Positions 1 to 13,915 are shown, counted from the first letter of the stretch. The stretch is 64,000 bases of DNA from Euglena gracilis (GCA_039621445.1 CP154954.1:49207847-49271846); one strand, 5' to 3'. Notes: generated by a model from the sequence alone, not told the origin. Made by a program: numbers and translations.

Positions 1-3000
1 GGTGCAATTCCTGAAACTTCACATGACCTGGGAGACAAAGAGCACAGGTAGCAGCCGAGGGATCCCCTGGGCAACGCATGGGCCGGGTAGTGGCCAAATT
101 GTTAATGAGGACCTTCGACGATGACAACCTGTTTGGTTGGTACTACCGGTGGAGTCCAAAATTGGAGATAAAAAATTGATTAAAAATAACAATAACAATT
201 GGGCACTTTTCTTAAAATGATCCGGAAATATTTGGGAACCCAACCTGTGGAAATAGGCCTGGAAAAACTGGGTGGTCCCCTGCTTAAAAACATGATGCTG
301 AGACAGAATCAAACGCACGACCCTTTGGTCCTGCACCGAGCACACTGCAACTGAGCCATCAGCCTCTTTTCCTGAATTAATTAGATCAGAGTCCGAAAAA
401 TCGAAAACCAGAATACATCCAGAAAACAGCCATTTGGGATGTCTTTACCCAAATATGAGAGTTGAGCTTTGGATACCAGAAAATGGTCCATTGAAAAAAA
501 AAAACCTGTGGAGAGGAGAATGAAAAAAATAGAACCTGACCCTTAAAATGGAGAAAAAATGCTTTGGCGATTTTAGTCCAACCAACTCTTTCCCAACCAG
601 TTTCATACATGACCAATTTGAACCCGCCCCCAGGAACCCCCCCCCCAATTCAAGCCACGGGACCAGGGCAAAATCCAAATTTAATCACCCTAAAAATGCA
701 GGTAAAGAACAAGAAACGAATCCAACCAACCATGAGCAACAAAACGTCCCAAGTTGACAATCTTGCTCATTTTTTTGAGTCCGAAGGCAAGCATTTTACT
801 TAACAACCTGCTCCTCCCTTCCTTCATCGGAAAAAAAGCATTTTTTGTGGACCGTTAGGTCCAAATTAAAGCAAACCCTTCGAAATATCCAGTGAAACCA
901 AAAATCGAAGCAACGGGTTGCTTTAATTCTTTCAAATCTTTTTTAAAAAATTGAAGAGTTCATCAGTCATCAAATGCTTCTCGCATGCGGCCCACTTACC
1001 CCTAAGGGTGCTTTGAACGTCACTCCCTTACACTTCAATGAACGCTGCAGCTGGCAAAGGAAACGTTTGTCACGACAGACGGCCCCCGGCCCACGTCAGG
1101 CAGTGTGGCGCATGGGCAGCAGCGGTGCCTCACCGCCAACGCTGAGGTGTCTTGTCGACAAACGCGCCCGATGGGCCGGGCTGGTGTGAGAACCCTTTGG
1201 CTGGCGAGGGCCAGGGGGGTAGCGCCGCCGCAGGGCCCTTCATCGCACGCCGGCATCAACGGCGGCAGAAGGAAGCGTTACCGAGGGACAGGGGGAAAAG
1301 AAATGGTCGACACACCAGTCTCAAATTCAGTCAGTCAGTCAATCCGTTGCGTGCGGTTTCAACTTGGTTCGGACCCGCAGAAAGAGCTCCGCAAGGGGGC
1401 AGGTTGGTTTGACGGCGTTTCCTGTTGGGGGCCAGCCCACGAATGGGCTGCCGCAGGAGATTGGGCCATGAGAGGGTCGCCAAGGGCAACAGTAGTTTGG
1501 GTGGTTTTTGGTTCGGGCTCACACCGGGGTTCGCTTGCTTGGGCAGATGGGGGGAGGGGTGGGTCGGACCCCCTCTGGTCCAACAGGGGGGGCAACAATC
1601 TATGGAGATCCAGAATCCCAGTCACACCCAGTCCTGCCCAGTCACGCTCAGTCACGCTCACTCACAGCCAGGCGTCATACAGAATCCCAATGCTAGAAGA
1701 GCCTAAAGTTGGCCAAAAAGTGGCTAACAGTGGCTGAAAATGATTAAAATAATACTCAGAAACATCCATTGGTGGCCACAAATGGCCAAAGATGGCCAGA
1801 ACGACAGACAAAAGGGACAAAATAGGCCAAAAGTGGCCAGATGTGACTAAATATATCCAGTCACGCCCAGTCATGCTCAGTCACGCCCAGTCACACCCAG
1901 CCAGCGACGGGCCGAAAATTTTTGCACAAAAAATAGCGGCCAAAGAATGCCATTTTGTACACTTTTTGGGCAAAAAGAAATGACAAAGATGCCCAAAGTT
2001 TTCGGGGCAAAGCTCCCTGGTAGGTGGTGGCAGATGGGGGGCATTTTTTATTTGATTATTTTATTATTGTTTATTTATAAAATTATTTTCATTATTAAGG
2101 TGCCTGAAAAAAAAAACCCAAAAAAATCCCTGCCAAAATGCCTCAAAAAACCGAAAAAAAACCTTAAAAAATTATCCTGGAAAAATTTGCGAAATTTGAG
2201 CAAAAAAGACGTTGCAAATCTGAGCAAAAAACAAATCAACTCCATGGGGGAAAAAATGATTTCTTGCATCGCTGAAACATTGTCTTTCCACACCTCAAAG
2301 AAAAAATGGATTTTAAAACTTTTTGATTTTCATCCTGGACCAACATTGGTTCGATGCCTGGATGGATCTTTGACCGCCCTTGGAAAACAGATGACTGAAA
2401 TTTTTTTAAAAAAAATTCAAAAAAACCTTCAAACCCCTTAAAACACTTTTTTTAAAAAAACCTTTAAAACCCTGAAAAAAAATGAAATATTTTGCCTTAA
2501 AAAATTGTGCTTGGGGGTCCGGACCCCCCACTCCAGGGGGAGTGGTGTGTCACCCCCTCCCCCTCCCCCTTCTCTACCCTGTACACCCCACTTGTATCGA
2601 ACCCTGGCCCAAACGCCGTGGCCGACGGCCTTCGGCAGTGGGAAGGACGGGATGGGCTATAACGCGGTGTGCGGGGGAGGCCCCGGTGGGATGGACTGTG
2701 TGGAACATTTGTTGGTCCACAATTAAAAAACACAGACAGGAGCCAGCAGCATGACGGACCCCGTCGCCTTCACTCTCACTCAAAAACCAGTTAGCCACTG
2801 TTTTTTTGCAAAACCAATCAGTCACTACCCCCTCGGGGGGGGGGGGGTCGGCGACTCTGGAGTCCAATGGAAAGGGAAGCTTGACCACGACTGTGAAAAT
2901 AATGGCCTTGGATGTTTCCTGGACTTCGCCATCAGCTCACTTTTGTGATTCATGCTTTCTTTCTTTGCCCCCCCCCCCGGGCCAAAACCCAGTCAGTTCC

Positions 3001-3563
3001 TTTTTAAAAACCCTGTACCCCACCACAACCCCCAGGGGGGGAGGGGCGGGGTATTAAGTGAGAGGGGGAGGGGGTCCCCCCTGCCCCCTGGTAAAATCAC
3101 CGGCGCAAAGCGCCGGAATTTTATCTTTGAGAAGCTTCATAAAATGCCCAAGGTTCCGTTTTCAGGTACCTTTTCTCAATCAACAAAAAACAGAAAATAA
3201 AAACAAATCTGCCGGCACGAAGCGCCGGAAAAGAAAAATATTCGGTTCCATGATGAAGGGGTCCCCCCTCGGCTCTGGGGGGTCTGGATCACACCATTGC
3301 TTAGCGAAGGGGGGGGGTCACTTTCGACTCCGAAAAAACCAGTCAGTGACTTTTTTCGGCCGAGCAAGTCAGTCACTTTACCCCCCCGGGGGGGGGGGGG
3401 TCGGCCACTCAGGAAAACCAGTCACTTTTTGGCCTTTCAAGGCCATTTTTTGGCCAAATTTTTCTCCGGCACCTTCAGCGCCGGTTTTTGCCACTTTTTG
3501 CCGGTTTTGGCCACTCAGCCACTTTTGGGTGATTTCTGGCCTACCCCACCCCGGGGGGGGGGG

Positions 3564-3984
3564 CCGGGTTCGATATAAGGAGAGGGGGGGTCTGGACCCC
3601 CCCCGGTGGTCCGTCGGTCGGTGGTCCGGACCCCCCCTGCGGGCCAGGAGGGGGGGGGGTGGGGGGGGACACCCCCCCCACCTAAACAGGTGCGCGGTCA
3701 GGGTGACCGAAAATTTTTGACCCCCCAAAACGACCAAAAGTGCCATAGTGGGCACTTTTTGGGCAAAAATTGGCCAAAAATGCAAAAAAATTTCGGCGCA
3801 AAGCGCCGGAGGAAAAAATTGACCCTTTTTGGGGGGGGGGTCCCGGGTACCCCCCGAGGGTCGGTCCGGACCTCCCTTGCAGGTGGGGGGGGGAGGGTCC
3901 GGACCCCCCCTGCGGGCCAGGAGGGGGGGGGGGGGGGGACACCCCCCACCTAAACCATGTACGCCCTCCTTATATCGAACCCTG
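3564..3984. mobile_element. hAT-type MITE family A
   Basis: Same TIR (left end CCGGG) and body; inserted in a G-run (G8 both sides). Confidence 0.88.
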
Positions 3985-6042
3985 GGGGGGGGGGGTCACG
4001 GCCAAAAAACCAGTCAGTCACTCTGAAAAAAACCAGTCAGTCACCCCCCCTGGGGTGGGGTGGGACAGGTGTTAAGCAATGTTCTGGTCTGGACCCCCCT
4101 CAGGGGGAGGGGAGGTCTGACCCCCCCTCCATTAGGGGGAGGGGAGGGTGTACAAAACCAACGCTCACATAACACCCTGGGAGGGGTCGTTGTTCAGTTT
4201 CAAAAAAAAAACCAGTCAGTCATTTTCAAAAGCCAGTTCGAAAGCCAACCACTTCCTACAACCGCCGGCGATGGGTCACTTTGGCCACCCCACCCTCCCG
4301 GGGGGGGGGGGGGGTCTGGAGCCCAAAAAACCCAGTCAAGTCACCCGGGGGGGGGGGGGTCGGACACTGATTACCTGCCCCCCCTGGGCAATTGTCGCCA
4401 GGCTTCTTTTTAAGATCCCGGGGGGGGGGGTCCCCCCACCCACCCAGGGTGGCGCGGGACCCCCCCGGGGGGGGGGGGGGACCCCCCCCAAAATCGGGCC
4501 CGTAAAAGGCAATTCTCAAAAATTTTCGGCGCTTCGCGCCGAAAAGGTATACCCAGCGCCTCCGGCCCGGACCCACCCACCCACCCCCCTCCCCGGGGGG
4601 GGGGGGGTCAGGTGACTTAAAAAGGAGCCTGATTGTCGCGTGACAAATTGGGCAGCACAGAGGAGGGTGACAATTTCCCGGTGACAATTTGGCCGGCACA
4701 GAGGGGGGTGACAATTGCCCGGGGAATTGCCCGGGGGCGTCAATTGCCCTCCTATGCAAGCCACATTTAAACCAAATGACCAAGAACACCATCTGAAACA
4801 CAAATGAATGCAGGAAAAAAATGCAGCTATGGTTGTGATATTGTATGTGAAAGTTCTCAGCACGTTGTAAAGAAATAGAAGATCAATCGAGTTGTGTCAG
4901 TGAAAAGAAAGTTCACAGTGCAATACTGCAAACGGGGGGGGGTGACAAATTGAGTTGTATGGGAATCTCCGGGGGGGACCCCCCTTCCGAAACTAGGGGG
5001 GGTCCCCACCTGTCCCCTCCCCACCTGTCCCGATTCATGGTCATTTTTGGGCCATTTTGCCAAAATTTCATGTTGAGCCTCAAAAAAAGTCCTAAAATAC
5101 ACTCCCGGCGCGAAGCGCCGGAAAATTCTTTGCCCCCGCAGAGGAGGGGGAGGGAGGTGGGGAGGCCCTCTTCCGAAACTGGGGGGGGGGTGTGGGACCC
5201 CCACCACCTTACCCCCCTAGGGGGGGGGGGGTGACCCCCCCCTCACCACCTACCTCATGTCTGCGGAGCTTCCCATCCAACCCTGCTGAAGGGGGTGACA
5301 ATTTCCCGGGTTGACAAATTGGCCAGCACAGCCAGGGGTGACAATTGCCCGGGGGCATCAATTGCCAGGGGGGCATCAATTGCCCCGGGGGGGGGGGGGG
5401 GGGGGGAGTGATTGCACGGTCAGCAGTTAGAACATGTCCTTGAGAGGAAAAATCATCAGAACATCAGAAAGTACTCAATTCTCCAGAAGCCCTTGGGGGA
5501 AGCCCAAGATTGAAGATTGTTTCAGTGGTGCCAAGGAGAGCCCTTCTCCCCATACACATTGCAAACCCAAAGGGGGGAGGCATGGGGGGCAGGAAGGCAG
5601 GAAAGGCTGCCACCCGAGACCGACAAATGCTTCATATGGGGAACAAGGCTCTTAACAACGGCCCAGGTCGCCAGGGTGTTGAGGTCAACTGGTCCGAACC
5701 CATAAGCAGGGTTTGATGTTCACCCAGGAAAATCATGAACAGTCCTTTCAATACTTTACTTTGGAAGGAATGGCGTCACGAAGACGTGAAATGTGGTTCC
5801 ACAAATTCCCCTGCCGAAGCATCAGCCTTCCGGTGTCCCAGGATGTTATTACCTAAGCACATCAGAAAGAAATGCTTCAAAGCGGGGTGGGGGGTGGTCC
5901 TCCAATCAACCATGGGATACCCCTCTCCCCGGGTGTCCAGGGGAACCATTTTGGAGGTATGGAGTCCAAAAAAAAAGGTTCGGCACACAAAGCACAAAAC
6001 ATAGACAAAAAAATCAACAATAGGTGTTAGGGGGTGGAAATA

Positions 6043-6458
6043 CCATGCCCCCCCCCTTACTGTTCCCGTCCCGTGGCCCCCTTTTGGGTCCATGGGAACA
6101 GTGAGGGGGGGGAACAGTAAGGGGGGGGGGACGAACTCCCCCCCCCTTACTGTTCCCAAAGGCCATGAACCAACCAACCAAGTTAGAGCCAAAAGGCCAC
6201 CTAAAATGCCAAAATGAAACTTTTTTGGTTTACATGCTTGAAAATTGCACCTCCACAACATCCATTTTGGCATTAGGTTGGATTTTGGTGGGATGGAAAG
6301 CACCAAAAACCGACCAAAAAAATCCCCCTTTTTGCCTTGTGTTCCAAGAATCCTTTACAAAAAGTGCTATGACATTGTACTGTTCCCGTCCCCCCAATGG
6401 GAACAGTAAGGGGGGGGGAACAGTAAGGGGGGGGGAACAGTAAAGGGGGGGGGCATGG
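6043..6458. mobile_element. TA-flanked MITE (Tc1/mariner-like TSD)
   Basis: TIR CCATGCCCCCCCC-TTACTGTTCCC, TA on both sides; related pieces at 19620-19685 and 27215-27415. Confidence 0.8.
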
Positions 6459-7575
6459 TAGACACCCCCCTGGGGGTAACCCACTCCACTCGGCCCAATC
6501 CCCCCGGGGGAGGCGAACCCACCCACCCTCCCCCCCCCAACTCCTCCCCCCCCCCCAGCGGTCCAAAAAAAATCCCTGGCCCCCACTGCCTCGTCAGACA
6601 AATTCCTGGGACGGGAATTAAAATTTGCATTTCCGGCTGGGAGGTGCTGGCTTGGAAAAGATGCAGGCTGGCTGGCTCCCCCCCCCTCGGAGTAGGATGC
6701 CCTCTGGCTTCAGGAAACCCCCTATTCCAGTCTGTGGCTTGGATGTCCCTACTTGACTCCAACATGCTCAGTGCAGGGGCGGGGGATGCCAGGCCCACCT
6801 TGGGTGGAAATGGGCGAAAGAAGCGGGGAGGGGGGGGGGTGCACAAAAAGGGATTTAAAAAAAAACACAAAAACGCACAAAAAAAATGTCTGCAGAAACT
6901 TGGGCTCAGGGGGTTTCAAAAATTGGTAACATCTAAATTAGCTGTGGACATTTCTCAAGCTCGAAGAATGCTCTGATTTTTCTCGCAACAGGTGACAATT
7001 TTCCAACTTCTCAAGTCGGTGTGTTTGAGACATTTTGTTTATTTTAAATAAAAAAAACGCTCATTTAATGTGCCTTTCAAACTTCAAGGAAAGTTTTTCT
7101 GGCTTCAGTAACAAAAAAAGGAGATAAAATGTAGGGGGAAAACATTCACAAAACATTTTATAAACAAACTAGTGACATACCAATCATCAGTACCAAAGAG
7201 ACACCATTACACATCAAAGAGATGTCAAAGAACGGGGGAGACATCCAAACCTGAGCACAATCTAAACATGGGCTTCTGTGTTGTGACTCGAGAAAGGGCA
7301 TCGACATCAGCCTCTGGCTCCATTCACCATGAAGAAATGTATGGTGCATTGTGTTGCGTTCAGGTGGGCTGCCCAAAGAAATCCAGGAAACGTGGGAGAT
7401 CAAACGCCAGACGGAAAGGGGGGAAATGGAGAATTGAAACGAATTTGAAACGTTCATCATTTTGAATTCACCATTATTACCATTATTTGTAGCCACCGCT
7501 GATGGCATTGCCTCAACACGCTCTCGCATGCAGGTGAGGTTCAGGAAAGAAGCTGGCCCCCAGTTCGGCCAGGGG

Positions 7576-7796
7576 TCACCAGAGCACTCTCTCCGCCGCC
7601 ACGCAGATCGGGGCGTAGTGGCAGAGCTCGGCAAAGCGGTGGGCCCGGCGGGTGGACCTCCACGCCGGGAGGCACTTCGTGGCCGGGGCGAGGGGCGGGA
7701 GGGCCAGCTCGGCCTCCGGCAGGTTGGTCACGATCATTGCGATGTCGCCCACGCCGATCTCCTGCTCCGGGTCATGGCACACGCCCATGGGGGGTT
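7576..7796 (-). CDS. Probable terminal exon of an unidentified gene (PPMGVCHDPEQEIGVGDIAMIVTNLPEAELALPPLAP...RVLW*)
   Basis: Strong GC3 bias; preceded on the minus strand by CTG-CCAGC|A, a nonconventional 3' intron boundary. Confidence 0.5.
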
Positions 7797-9916
7797 GCTG
7801 GCAGTTCCACTTGGGGCTGTCCCACTTCAGACAAATTCTCGAGGAAATTCGTCCAGGACACCCCCAGTTGTCCAGTTGGAAAGTTTCCAATTGGAAAAAG
7901 GTGCTGGTTACAAAGTGCTGGCTGGACCCCCCCCCCCCGGGTCCCCTGCAGTCGGTGTCCGGGAGTGGGGGTCCAGCCGTTTACGGGCATCCAGTACAGC
8001 CAAAACATGTGCAGCCGGTGGGACCTCACTGGTACCCTGAAAAACTCCAAAACTGTTTTCAAAAACCCCTAAATCCAGCTGGGTGGCAATATTTCAGCCA
8101 AAAATTTGAGGCGAAAACCCCAATGTACCCTCAAGGACATCATTTTCGGCGACTTAGTCCCCTGTTGTGAAAAACTTGGTGCATAATGGTGATTTTTTCG
8201 ACTCAGCCTGGCTGCACTATGTACACCCCGGGAGGGGGATATTTTCGCGGAGTTTATCTGAGAACTGCTGGATATTAAAAAAAATAATAATAATAATCGC
8301 GGTGTGGCTGGATTGCTGGCCATATCCAGAAGTGAAGTTGTTCAAAACAACCATGTTTGAGGCCCATTCAAATCATTGGATACAGAGAAAAATAAGGCAA
8401 CAGGTTTGCCACACCAAAACAGATATACCGAAACAGATGACTATGCAACCCCCAAATCAGACCCACTTGGGATTTTGGGGGAAATGACCCAAAATGGGTT
8501 ATTTTTTTTGAAACGTTCAAAGCAGAACAAAATGTATCGTTCTGCGTCATAAACTGCCCATTTTCAGGTGCATGACCAATTTCATCGTTGATCTTAGGCG
8601 CCGCATCGCTTAAACTTAAGCACTTAAACCTTTTTCTTTATCGATGTGCGCAATTGCGCAAATGGACATTTTTTTTACAAAATCCTTGAACCGCCAACTG
8701 CACCTGGTGAAACAGCAATATGTAAGGTTCACACCTCACGATACAAATTATGAAACACAAAGGTCTCAAACTATCATCCTTACAAATGTATGATACGCCT
8801 GGAGCGACAAATTGGTGGCATTGTCCATGAAACAGGTGGGTTGTGCACCCTGGCGGGGGGGGGGGGGGATGCGCTGGACGGCCCTCGGGAAAAATGCGCA
8901 AAAATGCGCAAAAAAAATGCGCAAAAAATGCGCTGAGTTTGTGACATTCCTAAGGGAAAAAGGACTTAGAAAATTTTCCAACAGCAAACCCAAAATTAAA
9001 CCAAAATCACTAAAAAAGAGCTGAAATGAAGGCATTTTGGCCAAAAAAATGCATCACCAAGGCGTCACTCTCCGTTCACCATAACCAACAATGTGCCATG
9101 GTTGCCCCAAACTTGTGACCAGGGGAGTGGGATTCCCGCCTTGGTTGCGTGTCAATGTGGGGTCTCTGAAACCCCTCGTGTCCTCATCGTCATTGGATGA
9201 GTACCCATACCTCATCACCCAAGGGTTTTCTCTTATTCGATGAGCATGTGATTTGGGTGGAAAATGTACAAAAATGGCAAAATGTGCAAAATTGGGCAAA
9301 AAAAAAAAGCGCAAAAAGTGCGCAAAAATGGAAAATGTGCAAAATTGGGCAAAAAAATGCGCAAAAAAATGGAAAATGTGCAGAAACGGGGGGGAAATGC
9401 GCAAAAAAAAAATGCGCAAAAATACGCATTTTTGAAAAATTGACAAAAATGCGCAAAAAAATGCGCAAAAATGCGGAAAAATGCGCAACGCATTCCCCCC
9501 CCCCCCGCTCTGGTTGTCACGACTGTGGGTTTTGGTGTGTCCGTGCTGCCTGTAGCACGAGAGTCACTCGTGCAAATACAGCCGGCAAGCAGAAGGGGAA
9601 ATCGCCCAGGGAGGGATCTCTCAATTCAGTTGTGGGTGGGGGTGGTTGGGGAAACGGGGAGATGCACACCTGTTTGACGGCGACCAACTTTCCACCATTT
9701 GGACAATGTGACGTGCAGTTATATTAGGCGATGATTGTGGCATAAATAAAACTTTCCAGAACCACTTACACAAAGTGCACATGGCTGGTGTGCGCAAATA
9801 TGTGAATGGTCGATGTGCGATTTGCGCACATCAACCACTTGAAATTTGGAAATATACTCCACAGTTTTCTATATTACCACATGAAAAACAACACCTGCCT
9901 TTTCTTGGCTCTAGAA

Positions 9917-10478
9917 CAGGGGGGAGGGAAAAATGCAACTTGGCCCTTCAAATTATGCAAGTCAAAAAAATGCAAAAAAATGCAAAAAAAATGCAAAAAA
10001 ATGCAAAAAAAATGCAACTTGCAAAAAAACCCTGAGAAAACCCTGAGAAAAGGCTGGAATGTAACAGAGTTGCTGCCAATAATCCATAGACATGTGATAA
10101 TGCCGGTGTATACCTGTCAATGATTCACAAAGAAGACCTCCTGGAAGACAACACTGAGACCCCAAAAACCCCAGGCAACTGCAGAGGGACCAGAGACAAA
10201 ACATGACATTGGCGACCAACTGCAAAAAAGTTTTCCAGGACAAAATATTTTTTGCAAAAAATGCAAAAAAAATGCAAAAAATGCAAAAAAAATGCAAAAA
10301 ATGCAAAGAAAATGCAAAAAAATGCAAACATATGGCGACCAACTACAAAAAAAAATTTCCGGGTCAAAATATTTTATGCAAAAAAATGCAAAGAAATGCA
10401 AAAAAATGCAAATTCCGGAAAAACCCGATTATGCAAAAAAATGCAAATTATGCAAGTTGCATTTTTTCCCTCCCCCTG
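9917..10478. mobile_element. hAT-type MITE family C with (AAAAATGC)n subterminal repeats
   Basis: TIR CAGGGGG(G)AGGGAAAAATGCAACTTG; perfect TSD CTCTAGAA. Confidence 0.92.
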
Positions 10479-11586
10479 CTCTAGAAGAAAAGGTTTGGGC
10501 AAATATTTTGAACGGGTAAACCCCCCCCCTCTTACAACCCCCTTCCACTGAGAAACCCCCCCACTTGTAAACCCCCCCTCAGGCCGACCAACCAAGCCGG
10601 GACTTGCAACCCCCCCCCCCCCCGGGAAGAAAAATGAAAGCCACCGGGGACAATTTTTTTCAGCCACAAACCGCCCAAAAATTGATTTTGGTAAATTTTT
10701 TGAGACCGACCACCATCGAAAATTGCCAATTTGAGGGGTCATTTTGGGGGTTGAACAATTCCGGGACCTATAAACCCCCCTCGGCCAACCAACCAAACCG
10801 GATCCTATTGATCCCGACGGGTTTATAAGTGGGCGGGGTTACCATTTGCAATGTGCGACAAAGAACGGTGGCTTGTAAATGGACTTTTGTTTGACCTCCG
10901 TATTCTGGAGTGCTCTTCATTTTTACAGTTGACGTGCGCACTTGCACACACCAATCATTGTGGACGCAAATCTTTTGAAACTGTGGTGAAAGAATTCTGT
11001 TTTTGGGAACTGGGAATTCATTAGAACCCACCATATGACAGGAGAAAGTTTTGTCTGCTTCATGAGCAGGTGTGTATGTCTTATTTCCAACCCACACGAC
11101 CGATCGTTTTCACGTCCTCGGTTTGAAATTGCCCGTGATTTCTGGACGCTTTTCTTCAAAAATAACGAGGTCCAGAATTTCAAAATTACGCATGTGTAAT
11201 CTTCCAGATGCCTCAGCCAAGAATCATTTGTCCATTTGTACCACAAGGATACCTCATTTTTTTCTCAGACAACATGCAACACACCAGTTTCTTGTGCACA
11301 ATATCCGGGCCAGGCCCATGTGGAAACTGTAGACCACTAGTAAAGGGCCCACCGCCAGCACGTCGCGGCACACGTGCAACAGCACCGTTTGGGCAATGGG
11401 TGGACCTCGAAACCCCCGCCACTTGCCCCTGGTTTGCGTTTTGCAGCAACAGTCACATCAGTTGACGATATTGATTCACTTAAGCATCCACAAGGCCGTC
11501 ATCAGCCCCCACCTGTCACTGGGCCAGAATCAGCCCCAGAAAAAGCCTCGTGTGGAGGAAAAGCGTGTGACAGCTGAAGTTGCACA

Positions 11587-11904
11587 CATGCTTGTGCTTA
11601 CCAACCGGGGGGGGGGGGGAGGGGGGGGGGGTGCTATAGGGTGCCTGCCCCTAGCAGGCACACCCCCCCCGGGGGGGGGGATAGGGGTCCGGGCCGGACC
11701 CAGAAAATTTTCATTGAAAATGGCCTTTTCCGGGCCCCCGGCGCCTTCGGCGCCGGGGTTGGAGGGGGGTGCCTGCTAGGGGCAGGCACCCCCCAAAACC
11801 CCACCCCCCCCCGGGGGGGGGGGGCGGATCGAGTGCTATGGGGTGCCTGCCCCTAGCACCCACCCCCCCCCCGTGGGGTAGGCACCCGACTAAGCACAAG
11901 CCTG
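11587..11904. mobile_element. hAT-type MITE family B
   Basis: TIR CA(T/G)GCTTGTGCTTA; perfect TSD GTTGCACA; internal GGTGCCTGCCCCTAGC repeats. Confidence 0.92.
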
Positions 11905-12885
11905 GTTGCACACCCCAAGGAGCCATTGTAGGTGGTGTTTGGGGTCGTTCTGTCTGAAATTTTACTATTGTGGTCGGTGTGCGCGACACGTCGTCATGGT
12001 GTGCCCATTTCGCACTCCGACGACGTCCATCTTTACGGTCATTACAGTCTGTGAAGGTGTGCAAACGCCGACCACGTGCGCATTTTCGCAAACCGACCAC
12101 ACTTTTTTATTTCGACCTGGTACTTGCATTTGATACATGTGTTTTTTAATGCATTTATGTCTGTTTTCAGAGAAAAGCTGCGTCGTAAAGCCCTTCCAGT
12201 TATTGTTATTTCAAAAGGCTCAATGCAGCGATGCCTGTTCATGTGCCATGATACTTGATTGCACCCCTTTGTACAAAGGTGCCTCAGGTCGGTTTTCGCA
12301 AATGCGCACATATTGACGGTGTGTGCATTTGCGCAAATCGACCTCATATTCCGTAGAGTGGTCGCTGTGTGAAATTGCGCACATCGACATTCTTTCTTGT
12401 CCAAAAGATGGCTGCAATGAATCATTCCAGTGAAATTTGGTTTGGCATCCTAACCTCCCATCCTGGTTCCCTGCGCTCTGGCTGACATCCAAAAACACAG
12501 GTCCGAGGCCGGCAAAAAAAAAAACAAAACAGTGCGTCAAAATCCCCCAAGGGGACCAGCCAGGGCCGCCAACAATCGGTGAGGAGAGCCGTATGCACAA
12601 AATGGGGGGAGGCGGCACCGGAGTTTTGGTGTTTTCTCAGTTTGGGGGGGGCAGGTCTGGGGGTCTTTCATTCCGACGGAAAACAGCAAAAACAAAAACA
12701 CAGAGAGCCGGGGCCAAAAACGAGAAATTCCCTGCATTTTGTCCAATCCTGCTGCCTCTCGCTCTCACCCCTTGCAACACCAGCGTCAAAGTGGCTTTTG
12801 GTCGATGTGCGAAGTTGCTCAAATGGACCAAAAAAAGCTTAAGTGCGAGATGTGCCGCCTAAGTTGATGCACTCACGGCAAACGT

Positions 12886-13570
12886 TCATGCCAGGCTCAC
12901 AGAAGCACCCCACACGCGGTATGTAGCGTTGATTTGCAGGACGATGACCACCCGGCCGTGTTCATCTTGCAGGCACAAACAGGGTTCGATATAAGGAGAG
13001 GAGGGGGGTGGTCCGGACCCCCCCCTGCGGGCCAGGAGGGGGGGGGGACACCCCCCCCACCTAAACAGTGGCGCGGTCAGGGTGAAAATCGCGCCGGGCC
13101 GAAAATTTTTGACCCCCCAAATCGACCAAAAGTGCCATTTTGGGCACTTTTTGCGCAAAAATTGGCCAAAAATGCAAAAAAAATTCGGCGCGAAGCGCCG
13201 GAGGAAAAAATTGATCCTTTTTGGGGGGGTCCCGGGTACCCCCCCAGGGTCGGTCCGGACCCCCCTGGCAGGTGGGGGGGGGGGGGGCCCCCCCCGGGGG
13301 GCCAGGAGGGGGGGGGGGGGGGGGACACCCCCACCTAAACCATGTACGCCCTCCTTATATCGAACCCTGGGCACAAATCGGTACAACTCAGCTCCGGCAT
13401 CCGCAGGATGCGCAGCGCCACACACATGATGCGTCCACTGACAAGGCCCCCATTGGTGCAGGTGACGAAGGCGCGGTCCCCAGGGGCAACCAACCAACAC
13501 CCTCGCCGCACTCCGGTGCATAGCTGCCTCGGGGTCGAATGCTTTCCACTTTGCAAGTCCCTTTGAACAC
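12886..13570 (-). CDS. Coding-like exon(s) interrupted by a MITE (possibly part of the F-box gene)
   Basis: Removing 13372-12975 gives a continuous GC3-rich frame ...QRDLQSGKHSTPRQLCTGVRRGCWLVAPGDRAFVTCTNGGLVSGRIMCVALRILRMPELSCTDLC|LQDEHGRVVIVLQINATYRVWGASVSLA*; no domain recognised. Confidence 0.55.
12980..13369. mobile_element. hAT-type MITE family A
   Basis: TIR CAGGGTTCGATATAAGGAG; perfect TSD GGCACAAA (12972-79 / 13370-77). Confidence 0.92.
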
Positions 13571-13915
13571 TCAGGAAAGAACAGCCTTTGAAAGTAAACA
13601 CCCAGCACTCCAAAGAACTCTTTGTTCAATCACATCACAAAAAAAGAACTGCTGCCAAATTTTGCAAAAAAAAACTGCCAGCCAGGCTTTTGCTCAAGGG
13701 GGTCCACTGTTTAGACATTTTTATAGACACTGGGGGAAAAAAACACCAGCTGGACCCCGCTGCCCTGGGGGAGGGGGGGTTCCGGGTCCCCCCCCCAATG
13801 AAAATCCCTCCGGCGCTGTGCGCCGGGTGGAAAAAAGGTTTTAACACTGCTTTGTGACTGATTCTTTCAAAAAAAACCCAAAAATGACAGTCCGAAAAAA
13901 AATTTTGCTTTGTGC

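Noticed and set aside
1020-1300. GC-rich possible exon
   Set aside because: No recognisable product, ambiguous frame and strand, no clear intron boundaries.
3058-4863. Long Gly/Pro-rich ORFs
   Set aside because: Artefacts of G/C homopolymer runs in repeats; no codon bias or domain motifs.
7576-7796. Assignment as the C-terminus of a BK/Slo channel RCK domain
   Set aside because: Similarity is faint and no other channel exons were found; kept only as an unidentified exon.
9190-10551. Lys/Cys/Met-rich ORFs (MQKNAKKCKK...)
   Set aside because: Translations of (AAAAATGC)n/(AAAATGCGC)n subterminal repeats of MITEs, open in several frames and on both strands.
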